From: Cenococcum geophilum
Taxonomy: Eukaryota
Assembly (NCBI GenBank): GCA_050273025.1
Contig: CP158636.1
Span: forward strand, 10,292,001 to 10,356,000
DNA: 64,000 nucleotides
Direction: 5' to 3'
The notes under the pieces are model-generated. The model made no database searches and was not told where the DNA came from. It saw only the letters and a list, made by a program, of their open reading frames with translations. Both the position numbers and the translations under genes were made by a program. This document shows, piece by piece, positions 14,301 to 26,740 of this stretch (within the stretch, counting starts at the first letter, position 1; every line of letters begins with the position of its first letter).

Positions 14301-16609
14301 ACAAGCTTTAATTTAAAGTTAAATAGCTAGGCTAGCCTACTAAGGACTCTATATAGGAACCAGAGAATTACCTTAATTATTATAAAGATATTTTAAAAGA
14401 ATATTAGAACCAAAGTCCATAATTTATAAATTATAAAAAGCGCTCTAATACTATGGTGTTATCGCGACCTATAAAGAAAGCTTGCGAAAAGAGTAAATAG
14501 GTTAAATTAGATATAGAATGGATAAGCCCCAGAAACTATAAGGATTAGGGCTATATAGCCTAAGGTAGGATAGGTCCTTAGCCTTTTTATATATATAGCA
14601 TAGAGTTAATAGGGCATTTTACTAGAATTGCATTCCCATTCATTAATTTATACTAGGAATATTGTTTCTAAGGCTCCTAAGCCCTTCCTAAAAGCCTTCT
14701 AAGGCCTTCCTAAGCACCTAATTGAGGTCCTTAATTGCTACTATATATAAGAATAAATCCTAAAAGTCTAAACTATAAATGCCCAATCTAAAAAGCCACT
14801 ACGCCCTATTATTATTAGGAGTAGGATTAGTATCTATTAGGCTACTAAATAATGGCTAATAAAAATAGGATCTAGATGCCTTAGTAGGCGTATAAGTAGG
14901 CATAAAAATAGGGGTAAAATAATAAGGTGTAGCTAGAGCAGAGACTCTTAAACACTTAATACTAATATTAGGTCCAAACTAATACCAATAAAGCTCTTAT
15001 AGCGTAAGCTTATAGTTAATAAAGACACGCTTAAGCCTAGAATAAACAGAGACGTTAGCTGGCTAGCACAGTTTAAAACCACCAAGACCTTACTACGGCA
15101 ACCGTTAGTTACCTATCCGCTAGGTACCTAAAGGGTAACCTACTTAATACCGCATTATATTATACTCTTTTAAAACTTAACGCGTATACGCGAACTCCTT
15201 CCTATAGTAGATGGTAACCTTCTTCTTATTACCCTTATCCCTTACCCTATCCTTAGTATACTAATCTTGCTTTTATATTAGGCGTTACTAGCTAGCTTAC
15301 TAGGAATTATAGGCAGTATAAATAGCCGTAGTATAGTCTTAAATTCGGCTAAGTTATTTAGTATTTATACTAGAATAAGAGAGAGCCTAGGCGATATAGT
15401 AGTTAAGGACATTAAAGAAACATCGCCACTTAGGCCTAGGCTATTATTAAAGCTTAAAGTTAGTAATGGAAATCTATTAAGGATAGAAAAACTTACCTTA
15501 ATATAACTGCCGCTCTTAGTACGCATGTATTAATTATAAGGACTAAAGGTATTAGATCTAACGTAGTGCGTCTTATTATAAGCCTCTAGAATCCTATTAT
15601 TAGATTTTAGGTCTTTTAAAGACGTATAGGCAAAATTATTTAGGTAGGACTAGCACTAGTTACGGGTTAGCGGGGGTTAGAGTTCTATATATAAAGGTAG
15701 GGCTAGGATACGCTATAGAATTTGCTTAAAAGAGCAGTTAGTAGGAGAATAAAGAGGTATATTAAATTATTAATAAAAAAGAAGAAAATCTTAATAATAT
15801 ATCGAAGATACGTCCAAAATTGGACGACGGTTAATAGTGAGAAGTAAGGTATTTAAGAAAAGGAGCAGCTTAATAAGCAAGGTGTCTTTATACTTTACCT
15901 TCCAATACCCTTCCAGTAAATAACCGCAACCTTACTAATATAACTCCGTTATAATAGCGCTATTTAAAAGAAAGGAAACACGCGTATAAGTTATTTAACT
16001 ATTACTTTCTTATAAAAACTAACTATGCGGCCAGGGGAAGGCAATTAAAACGTTAAATTAAAGACGTATATAGGTTAAATTAGACCTAAAATAATACTAT
16101 AATATTAAAGAACAACGTTATAGACGTTCTTAATAATCGTATAATAGCTATAATTGCTATTACGAAATATCCCTGTTTACTAGGCAGTAGAGCTACGCCA
16201 AATATATAGTATAGGACTACTAAATTTAAAACCACATGCACCAAATCTTAAAAGATAAGTCTTTTTAACTAACTAATTAATACCTTAACCGTATCTAATA
16301 ACCTAAGGGCAAATATAGAAGTAATGCGTTAGTGATATAGGGGATTATAAGAAAAGGATTATAAGAAAAGATTATAAACTATATCTTAGTAATTAAAGAT
16401 AACAGTAAGCTAAGGCTCCGTATGTTAAATCCTATACTAAAGGTTTTACGGAACTATACTAGAATACTAAATTACCTATAATACTTGTAATTAATTATAG
16501 ACTAGCATAAAGGCTTAGAAGCAGAGTTGCATAAAAATCCCTATATCGGGAAAATATTCGCAGGATGAGATTTAAGTAGACTTTGGTTTTCGCGTTTCGC
16601 GTAATTGAC

Positions 16610-17000
16610 ATGCAATTTAACCAACTCAACACGCAATTAACTAACTTAACACGCAGTTGACCTACTTAACATGCAATTTAACTAACTTAATACGCAGTTG
16701 ACCTACTTAATATGTAATTTAACTAACTCAACACGCAGTTGACCTACTTAATATGCAATTTAACTAACTTAATACGCAGTTGACCTACTTAATATGCAAT
16801 TTAACTAACTTAACACGCAGTTGACCTACTTAATATGCAATTTAACTAACTTAATACGCAGTTGACCTACTTAATATGCAATTTAACTAACTTAACACGC
16901 AGTTAACCTACTTAATATGTAATTTAATTAACTTAACACGCAGTTAACCTACTTAACATATAATTTAACTAACTCGATATGCAGTTAACCTACTTAACAA
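16610..17000. repeat. 41-bp subterminal tandem repeat
   Basis: Unit TTAACTAACTTAACACGCAGTTGACCTACTTAATATGCAAT, about 9 copies. Confidence 0.9.
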
Positions 17001-17154
17001 CTTTAAAAGCTAACTGTATATTTCTTAACGTACGATTAAGGTAAAGTTATATACTATATATTTAACTATTATATATAATCTTATATAATCTTATATAATC
17101 TTATACAATCTTATATAATCTTATATAATCTTATACAATCTTATAGTCTTATTA

Positions 17155-17475
17155 CTTAGAGGCTCTGTATAAGGCTCTATACAAAGCTCTACACAAAGCT
17201 CTGCGTATAGAGGCTCTGCATAAAGCTCTACGCATAGAGGCTCTGTATAAAGCTCTACACGAAGCTTCGCATAAGGCTCTATATAAGGCTCTATATAAAG
17301 CTCTACGTACAGAGGCTCTATATAAAGCTCTACACGAAGCTCTATACAAGGGTCTGCGCGAAGCTCTACGTATAGAGGCTCTGCACGAGGCTCTACGAGA
17401 AGCTCTACGTATAGAGGCTCTGTACAAGGCTCTGCGCGAAGCTTTACGTATAGAGGCTCTACATAAAGCTCTGTA
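17155..17475. repeat. 12-bp minisatellite (reverse complement of GTGCAGAGCTTC)
   Basis: Same array at about 27855-28170 and 30125-30415. Confidence 0.9.
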
Positions 17476-17599
17476 TCGGGTCCCCGCTATATTCCCAATA
17501 GCCTCTATACGTGCCTCTACCCTATATAGCCACCTTATTTTTTACCCTTTCTTCCTTCTTTATATCCTCCCTACCTAGGGAGGCACTAGAACGGCAGCC

Positions 17600-18310
17600 A
17601 GCAGAGGACCGTTACTAGAACTAGACGACTATCGCTAGCTAGACGACCGTCGCCAGAACTAGACGACCGTCGCCAGAACCAGACGACCGTTGCTAAAGCT
17701 AGACGATTGTCGCCAGAACCAGACGACCGTCGCTAGCTAGACGACCGTTACTAGAACCAGACGACCGTCGCCAGCTAGACGACCGTTACTAGAACCAGAC
17801 GACCGTCGCCAGCCAGACGACCGTTACTAGAACTAGACGACCGTCGCCAGAACTAGACAACTGTCGCTAGTTAGACGACTGTTACTAGAACCAGACGACC
17901 GTTGCTAGAGCTAGACAACCGTCGCTAGAACTAGACGACTATTACTAGAACTAGACGACCGTCGCTAAAACTAGATAACTATTACTAGCTAGACGACCGT
18001 TACCAGAACTAGACAACCGTTGCTAGAGCTAGACGATCGTTGCTAGAACTAGATAACCGTTACTAGCTAGATAACTATTACTAGAACCAGACGACTGTCG
18101 CTAGCTAGACGACCGTTACTAGAACTAGACAACTATCGCCAGAATTAGACAACTATTGCTAGCTAAACAACCGTTACTAGAACTAGATAACCGTCGCCAG
18201 AACTAGATAACTATTACTAGAACTAGATAACCGTTGCCAGAGCCAGACAACTATTACTAGAACTAGATAACTGTTGCTAGAACTAGATAACCGTTGCTAA
18301 AGCTAGATAA
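17600..18310. repeat. 20/18-bp minisatellite CCAGAACCAGACGACCGTCG
   Basis: About 35 units. Reverse-complement arrays at about 27480-27705, 29095-29475 and 29845-30012. Confidence 0.9.
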
Positions 18311-18369
18311 TAACGACTAGCCAGCCAACACTATAAACGATTTAATTAATTAATTAAATTAAGGTAGTA

Positions 18370-18765
18370 TAAATAGGTAGGTATAAACAGGTAGATGCTA
18401 ATAGGTAAGTAGATATAAATAGGTAGGTAGATATAGATAGGTAAGTAGATATAAATAGGTAGGTAGATATAGATAGGTAAGTAAATATAGATAGGCAAGC
18501 AGATATAGATAGGTAGGTAGATACTAATAGGTAGGTAGATATAGATAGGTAAGTAGATGCAGACAAGTAGATATAAATAGGTAGGTAGATGCAGATAGGT
18601 AAGTAGATATAGATAGGTAGGTAAATACTAATAGGTAGGTAAATATAGATAGGTAAGTAGATATAGATAGGTAGGTAAATATAGACAGGTAGATATAGAT
18701 AGGTAGGCGATATAAATAGGTAGGCGATGCAGGCAGGTAGGTAAGTTAATAGGTAGATAGGTAGA
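18370..18765. repeat. TAGG/TAGA-rich microsatellite-derived array (17-18-bp higher-order unit)
   Basis: Related CCTA/CCTG arrays at about 25975-26100, 26665-26900, 28535-28875 and 29480-29615. Confidence 0.85.
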
Positions 18766-19326
18766 AGAGAACCATCGCTATATTATATTAAATTATCTAA
18801 AATAATAATATTTATTTTGCTAGCCTTATAAATAGCTTTAAAATAGCTTTTATTTATTTAAAATATATTATTAGTATAAAAGAGGTAAATATAATTATGG
18901 TTACTAAATGCGCAAATTACTGGCAGGTTGCGCGCAGGCTGTGTATTAAAAAAACACAATATAGGCTAGTTGGTCAAGTTGCCAAATGCCCTTAACTGCG
19001 CGCCAATTGCGTTAACTACTAACCATTGAGGCCATTAAAAGGGTACCATATTTTGCCAATATATATTAGCCTAGGTAGTTACCAGTATACTTCTAGTAGG
19101 CTTTTAATAGGTCTTTTAGTAATCCTTACATCTTTTCTCTAGTTATATTTTTTCCTTATTAAGGTTTTTTAGGAGTTTAAAGCAAGGGTTAGATAGATAG
19201 ATAATATACAGCGGTATACCAATACCTCTTTAATATCTCTCTAAACCTCTTCTAGGATAAGCCCTTATAATCTCCCTACCGTAAAGTAATAGCGATCGGG
19301 GGCCGACCGTAAGAAGGGGGGGGCAA

Positions 19327-19541
19327 TATAAGGGATATTATTGCGGACACCTTAGGTTGCCCTTAGGATAACCCCCGGATGCCCCTTAGATAATTACCAG
19401 TTACGTGCCGGAGGCACGTGCCCGTAGTATATAGTCTCCACAATCCTAGAGGCCTTACCTCCTTAAGGATTTGTCTCTCTTACTAATCTATTCTGTTCCA
19501 ATTGTGTCCTTATAGCCCCCTATCTACAAGATCCCCTTATA
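19327..19541 (+). repeat. Gypsy-B 3' LTR
   Basis: RIP-altered ends TATAAGGG...CCCTTATA, followed by GATAC. Confidence 0.95.
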
Positions 19542-22368
19542 GATACCTAGACGCACCTACGTCCGTAATACGCTGCAGACTTAGCAGACCCTTTCGTCTT
19601 AGAAGAAGAAATAATTAATTACCTATCTTCTATTTATAAGGACCCCTTTAAGATATAAAATACCCGCCTTAATTATAAAAGCCTAAATATAAAAATAACG
19701 GAGACCTTTTTAGCCTTTTAGACCCGCTTTTTATACCTAGCCAGCTAAGCCTAAATCCCCTATAAAGACCTACTGCCAGACCTCTTTAATAAGCTTACCC
19801 TAGACCTACAGCGTGCTGTACTGCTAGTTTATACTACTATATAGACGCTAAAGGTACTTATAAACTACTATCTAGCTATTAACTAAGGCCTTTGTTAAAT
19901 TAAGGCATAAGCTAAGCGGTATAAAGCCAGAAACTCTTTTAATTAGACTATAAGCACTATAAGAACGGCCCGTAGTGCCCTAGTATAATCTATAACTTCT
20001 ATAGCACCAGCTATATAGCCCGCCGTTAATCTAGTAGCTAGTTATATAGCTAGCCCTACTATAGGCCTAGTATATACTCGGCCTACCTATAGCGACCCCT
20101 ATAGATAGGCCCTTAGTAACTAAGGAGCTTACTTCTTATACGGCTAGAAAAACCATTTTATAAAAGACTGCCCGATAAAGGCAAGAGTAGATAAGGTTCT
20201 GTTAATTTAGGAGGATAATACGGAGTTGGAAAAAGAGGAACCCTAGAGAAAGACTCCTCTCTAGGGTTAAAAGGGATTAATATGTTACATATTAATCTAG
20301 GTCGGCTAATTAGTGGAAAAAGCTGCACTATCCCTTATACTTTATTTTATAATGGATATTAAGTTTTAACTTCTACTTTAGCTAACTCTAGAGCGAATGC
20401 CTTTACCTTAATAGACACCTAGTATACTATAAAGCTGGCTAACTTTTTAAACGCACCCCTTAAAGAACTACCTAAACTAATTTCTATTCGCGGGTATAAT
20501 GGATGGATAGGGCTACCTATTACAACTATCTTACGGATTTACCTTCGTGTTAACAGATAAAGGTAGTATAATATCCCCTTTTTTATTATGGACCTAGGAA
20601 GCTATAATATAATCTTAAGGAGAAAATAGCTAGCCTATTTAGGCTTACAGCTTAATATACGGGGTAGATAGCTACTCTAGCCCAAAACCCTATCCCTAAC
20701 CCCTTCCTTTATAAAAGAAATTAGTATTATAATAGAAAACCTTATACGGCCCTAGATTAATACTATTTACTAGGCCAATGCTATGCGTAGGGACTAGGCC
20801 TTTAAGAAAGATATATAGCTTAATCTGCAACGGATCCGTATACTACGCCGACCCTAGACTACTAATATTACGCCACCCGCACTAGAGACCTAGGAAGTTA
20901 ATAGTAATCTACCTAAGTTCCCTATAGAGAACTTAAGCCCTATATAGCTATAAAGGAAGGCTAAGAATACTAGACGCTATACTAAACTAATAGACCGGAA
21001 GGATAACTTGTGGAAAATAGAACGTAAGCTGAGGAAGATTATAAACCTTATACCGCAAAATACGGCCTAATAAAAGTCCGTAAAGAAACCTGCGGACCTC
21101 CCACCAGTTAATATCTGCTATATTAGTGCTGTAGGATTCTACCAGAACTTAGTCTAACCTAATACCGTTGCTTTTATAACTAGCTTATATAAAATTGATT
21201 AAATAATTAAGGAAAAGGAAAGTAAGCTTAGTAGCTAGGAAAACGAGCTTATAGACAAAGAGCTAGTAGAATAAAAACTACCCTATTAACACTGGAAATT
21301 TAAGGACGTATTCTTTAAGGTAGCGTCCGATATACTCCCGCCTTACCAACCATATAACTATAAGATTGAGATTAAGCCAGACAAAGAAAATATGCTTAGC
21401 TTTAGCCCCCTTTACTAGTAGTCTACTGCCGAATTATAGGCTATAAAGTAGTACTTTATTAATAACCTAGATAAGGGCTTTATTAAGCCTAGCTAAGCCC
21501 CTTTTAACTTACCTATTCTCTTTACAAAGAAGCTAAATAGAGAACTCCGTTTCTATATCGACTACTATAAACTAAATAATATAACCCGCAAGGACCGCTA
21601 TTTACTACCCCTACTTAATAAGACTCTAGCCCGAATAAATAGAGCTAAGGTCTTTATAAAGCTTAATATCCGTTAGGGCTTTTACTAAATTAGGATAAAC
21701 CCTAGATCTAAGGATCTTACTATATTTTAGACTTATTATAAAACGTATAAATATAAGGTACTTCCTTTTAGACTAACTAACGGACCGGCTACGTACTAGC
21801 GGTATATAAACGATGTACTCTTTAACTACCTTAACGACTTCTATACGGCCTACCTAGACAATATTATAATCTACTTTAAGAATAAGCTAGAATATAAGGA
21901 GCACGTCTATAAAGTCCTATAACGGCTCCGTAAGACTAGCCTCTAGGCTAATATTAAGAAGTTAGAGTTTAGTATTAAGCGTATAAAGTACCTAGGGTTT
22001 ATTATTAGTATAGATAGAATTAAGACCGACCTAGAGAAAACAGCTATAATTACCTAGTGGGCACCCCTACGGACTATAAAGGGAGTATAATTATTCCTAG
22101 GTTTCTATAACTTCTACTAACGCTTTATTAAGGACTATAGCAAGATTACTAGGCCTCTTAACCGCCTTACCTAAAAAAACTAGCCCTTTTACTTTAACAC
22201 CGTATATAGGCAGGCCTTTAATAAGCTTAAGGAACGACTGGTCTCTACTCCTTTACTCGCCCACTTTAACCTAGAACGGCCCTTAATGCTAGAGACTAAT
22301 GCCTTAAATAGCGTAATAGCTAGTGTTTTCTCCTAGAAGTAACCGGACGGAGAATAGCACCCTATTAT

Positions 22369-23447
22369 CTATTCACTTGCTCGCAGAGGTAGAGATATAT
22401 TCTGAATAATGTATTGATTGGGGGTGTAGGCCCGAGGAGAGGGTAATCATCTCAGCCTGCTGTATCGCATAGTAGGTTCCCTACTATCTCAAGCAGTGGT
22501 AGATAATTACACACTTATTGCCCCCCTCGGGCCTACCGCAAGCCTAAGAGGCTGCAAAATCTATCTATAGGGTGGAGGGTGGGAAAGCGAAAAGCCAAAA
22601 GGCTGATTATGATAGATATTGATGTTGCTGTTCGGAGGGAAGGCGTGACTTCGCTTTAAATAGACATTTTTATCTATTCACTTACTTATAGAGGTAGAGA
22701 TATATTCTGAATAATGTATTAATTGGGGGTGTAGGCCCGAGGAGAGGGTAATTATCTCAGCCTACTGTATCGCATAGTAGGTTCCCTACTATCTTAAGCA
22801 GTGGTAGATAATTACACTTATTGCCCTAAACAACGTATACCGTTAGAAGCTAGCAGTACGAGGCCTGCCCTACAACCAATATAGAAGTAGGAATATATCT
22901 CATCTTTTTTTTTGCGCCCGTAGGGTATCGTTAAAAGACCATTCGGTAACCTAGAACCTAGGTAATATTAAAGGCTGTTAATAACGACGAACCTAGCGGT
23001 ATAAGGCCTGCGCCTAATAACTAATATAGGAGTAGGAATATATGTCGTCTCTTTGCGCCCATAGAGTATTATTAAAAACCGTTCGGTAGGTAATATTGAA
23101 GGCTATTAACAACGACGATAACGTAGTAAGGAGGAAGCTGAAAAGCGTCAATTTAAAACCTGTTGAAAAAACCCTATGGGAAAAATTGTTAGGAAAGACT
23201 ACTTATTAACAGCTGTGGAAAAACGCGACGCGTAACTCGTTCGCGATCCTCTAAGGGGTAAGACGTTTTATCGCGACAACAACACAACGCCGTACGGCAC
23301 AGCATTATCAAGGCTATAAGACGAATAAATAACAAAATCTCTATTAAATAAGCCTTATTTTAAAGCGAAAAGCCAAAAGGCTGATTGTGATAGATATTGA
23401 TGTTGCTGTTCGGAGGGAAGGCGTGACTTCGCTTTAAATAGACATTT
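22369..23447. mobile_element. Tandem dimer of a small non-autonomous element (Helitron2-like or Crypton-like) in Gypsy-A RNase H
   Basis: Two units (22369-22669 and 22674-23447) share about 150 bp at the 5' end and about 85 bp at the 3' end. Each is bounded by TTAT. Removing them restores the RNase H frame HPI(I)YYLKT. No LTR or long TIR. Confidence 0.65.
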
Positions 23448-25470
23448 TTATATACTATTTAAAAACTATAGTAGACGCTAAGCTAAACTACCCTATCTAT
23501 GATAAAGAAATGCTAGCTATTATCTTTAGCTTTTAGTACTGGCGTGTATACCTAGAAGGGACCCCCAAACCTATTTAGGTAGTTTTAGATTACTAGGCCT
23601 TAGAATATTTTATAATAATAAAGGCCCTTACGGCCTAGCAGGCGCGATAGGCGGATATCCTATCCTAGTTTAACTTCTTAATTATATATAGGCTAGGCGC
23701 TATAAACCGTGCGGACGCCCTTATAAGGCGTAGATAGGACCTAGACGACTAAATAGCCGCGAAGATCTTATTATAGACCCAGACACTACTACGACCATAG
23801 CACCTTAACCCCTAGATATAGGCAGAACTAAATATAGACTCTTTAGACGTTAAGATATGCCCTATTAACTCTATGGAACTTAACCTTATTAATAAACTGC
23901 TGTAGGTAAACCGTATAGCCTCTTCTCTATAGGAGTACCGTGAAAAGACAAAGGACGCTATAAGCCTATAGTCCCTTAAAAATGGACTACTTAAGTACTA
24001 TAAACAGCTAATAGTAGCTAAGGAATAGAACTTACGGACTTAACTTATTGCCAAAGCATATACCTAGGTCTCTACGGCCCACCCTAAAAAAAACAAGACC
24101 TGTAAGATTATTGGCGGCCGCTATTACTAGCCCGGAATAGTTATAGATATTAACTGCTATATACAGAACTATAACAACTGCTATAGGTCTATAATTCTAC
24201 GAGATAAGACCCTAGGACTATTAAAACCACTCCTAATACTAGAACGCCCCTAGTAGTATATTTTAATAAACTTTTACGAGCTACCTCTAGACCATAACGG
24301 ATATAATAGGGTTATAATTCTAGTTAACTGCTTTAGCAAGCGCCTATTCTTAATTCCCTGTTACAAGAATATTAATGCTAAAGAGGCGGCCCGATTATAT
24401 ATCTACTATGTCTACTAAATTTATAGACTACCAGATACTATCGTATTTAATTAAGGGCTATAGTTTGTATTAGCCTTCTAGAATGAGTTTACCTAGATCT
24501 TAGGCATTAGGTTAAGGCTTTTTATAGTATACTACCCCCAGATAGATAGTTAGATAGAGATTATAAATTAATACTTAGACCAGAGACTTTAGCCCTTTAT
24601 TAACTACTTTTAAGATAACTAGGGTAAACTGCTACCCCTAATAGACTACGCCTAGGTAACTCTACCCCATAACTTTACGGGATTTGCACCTATCTAACTA
24701 GAAATGGGGTATTTACCCTAAATAAGCTTTAATTGGAATAGGCTAAAAGAACTACGGACTATACGCGAGAAACTATCTTATAAGGAAGCCTAGTAGTATG
24801 CTAAGCGCTTAGAGGGAGCCTAGATAGTAGCCCGTATAAATCTAAAAAAGGCCTAAAAATTAATAGAATAGTAGGTAAATAAGTATAGGCGCGAGCCTAA
24901 CTTTACCGTAGGTAATATAGTTTAGGTTATAATAAAGAACTAGAAGATGGAATGGCCTAGCCGTAAGCTAGACTATTAGATAGCGGGACTATATAAGGTC
25001 CTTAAGAAGATAGGTAACTTGTATAAAGTAAAGCTCCTAGATTTAATTAAGGTTTACCCTATTTTCTTACTAAATAAGCTATAAAAAGCTGTAAATAACC
25101 TATTACCTAAATAAAAGAACGAACCTCCCCTGCCGATTTAAGTTAATGGCGATAACAAATAGGAAATTAAAGAAGTACTGGCCTGTAAACTAGTAAGGAA
25201 AACGCTAAAGTACTACGTTAGTTAGAAAGGCTATAACCTAGACCCTACCTAGTACCCTATATAGAACTTTATTAGCAGTCCCCATAAGCTTTAAAAATTC
25301 TATAGCCGTTACCCTAATAAACCAAGACCCCTAAAGTACCTAGATAAGTAGATAAAGTGCTAGTATAGTAAAGATGACAAGCTACTGGAAGAATATAAAG
25401 ATAAAAACGCCTTATAGGTATAATACGGATATATAAAGCCTAAGGGCAGGCTTTTACGGGGGGGGGGTAA

Positions 25471-25688
25471 TGTTACAGCACTAGCAGAACTTAGTTATAG
25501 AACTTGGTAGAACTTCGCAGTCACGTAACTAGAGGACCGTATAAAAAGAACCCTACTTCGACTGGCGCTACTCTTCTTCTCCTTTCCTTTCTCTAGCTTT
25601 AGATCCTCGTTTATAGATAATCCAATTATATAGGCTTACATGCATCCTTCTTACTATGCTCGTGCCTTGATTGACTAAGTCGCTAACA
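25471..25688 (+). repeat. Gypsy-A 3' LTR
   Basis: Matches 7263-7480 and is followed by CCGTG. Confidence 0.95.
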
Positions 25689-25703
25689 CCGTGTAGCTTA
25701 CTA

Positions 25704-26701
25704 CATCGGCAAAATATTGTCCCTTGTAAATGACCTCAGCTGCTAAAAGTTGGCGTCGTTAGTAGGCCATTAAGGGCATTAACTAACTTAATAAACTAGC
25801 CTATGTTAAGTTCATTTAACACGCAGCCTGCGCGCAGCCTACGCATAGCCTATGTAACCTACGCAACCTACGCAACCTACGCAACCTATATAACTTATAA
25901 TTTTAAATAATAAAGGCTACTTTAAAGCCGTTTATAAAGCTAGTAAGATAAATTATATATACTTCTTTATATAATCTATTATATCTATATCTACTACCTA
26001 TCTGCATCGTCTACCTATCTATATTACTTACCTATCTGCATTACCTACCTATCTACATTACCTACCTGTCTATATCGCCTACCTATTTATATTATCTACC
26101 TCATCAGGAAAATGTTTATACCTCCTAACAGTACTGACAGGTTCCTGACAGCTCCTGTCAGGGCTGTCAGGAGCTCCAGGAGACACTCACACTCGGCTTC
26201 CTGTCAGGAGGTCGCTCGGACCGCCCGGACCACTAGGACCTCCAGGACCTCCAGGACCTCCAGGACCTCCAGGACCATCAGGACCTCCAGGACCTCCAGG
26301 ACCATCAGGACTGTCAGGACCATCAGGACAATTAGGACAATTAGGACAATAATTAAATTTTAAATTTTAAAAATAAGGTATATTAATGCTCTAGTATTCA
26401 CAGCCAGCTAATAAGTATAAAAACCAGTTTAATTTTAGGCGTTATTCTATATACAAGGAATCTAAATAGTCCAAATCAATCCTTCCTGCCTACTACCTGT
26501 GTCTGTGTCTGTGTCTGTCATAGGAGCCCTACGTCGTTCTAAGGGGACGATCGCTCGGGCGTCGAGCGATCGATCGAGGGGGAAGCCTTCGCAGAGGCTC
26601 CAAATCGTCGATTGGCGGTATTCCCGATGATCCGCCGGTCGTGTACTGATTTCCTAACTAGGCCTAGTGCCTGCCTGCCTACCTGCCTGCCTGCCTGCTT
26701 G

Positions 26702-26740
<39 letters not shown>

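Larger units (their letters stand above)
16544..19061 (-). mobile_element. Non-autonomous CATC-ended DNA element filled with tandem repeats (copy 1), inserted in Gypsy-B
   Basis: Ends TATCGGGAAAATAT... and ...ATATTTTGCCAATA form imperfect 14-bp TIRs. Flanked by TA on both sides. Reverse-complement relative of 25704-30700. Confidence 0.8.
8103..19541 (+). mobile_element. Ty3/Gypsy element ('Gypsy-B') nested in the gag of Gypsy-A
   Basis: 215-bp LTRs at 8103-8317 and 19327-19541. TSD GATAC (8098-8102 and 19542-19546). PPT AAGAAGGGGGGGGCAA before 19327. RT YLDNILI at about 11561. Chromodomain-like about 14260-14400. Confidence 0.95.
7263..25688 (+). mobile_element. Ty3/Gypsy chromovirus-type element ('Gypsy-A'), RIP-decayed, carrying nested insertions
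   Basis: 218-bp LTRs at 7263-7480 and 25471-25688. TSD CCGTG (7258-7262 and 25689-25693). G-rich PPT at 25458-25470. Zn-knuckle remnant about 20130-20175, RT YLDNII about 21851, RNase H, integrase, chromodomain-like about 25160-25260. Confidence 0.95.

Noticed and set aside
17600..18310. CRISPR-like regularity of the 20-bp repeat arrays
   Set aside because: Units are directly adjacent with no unique spacers, there are no cas genes, and the context is eukaryotic.
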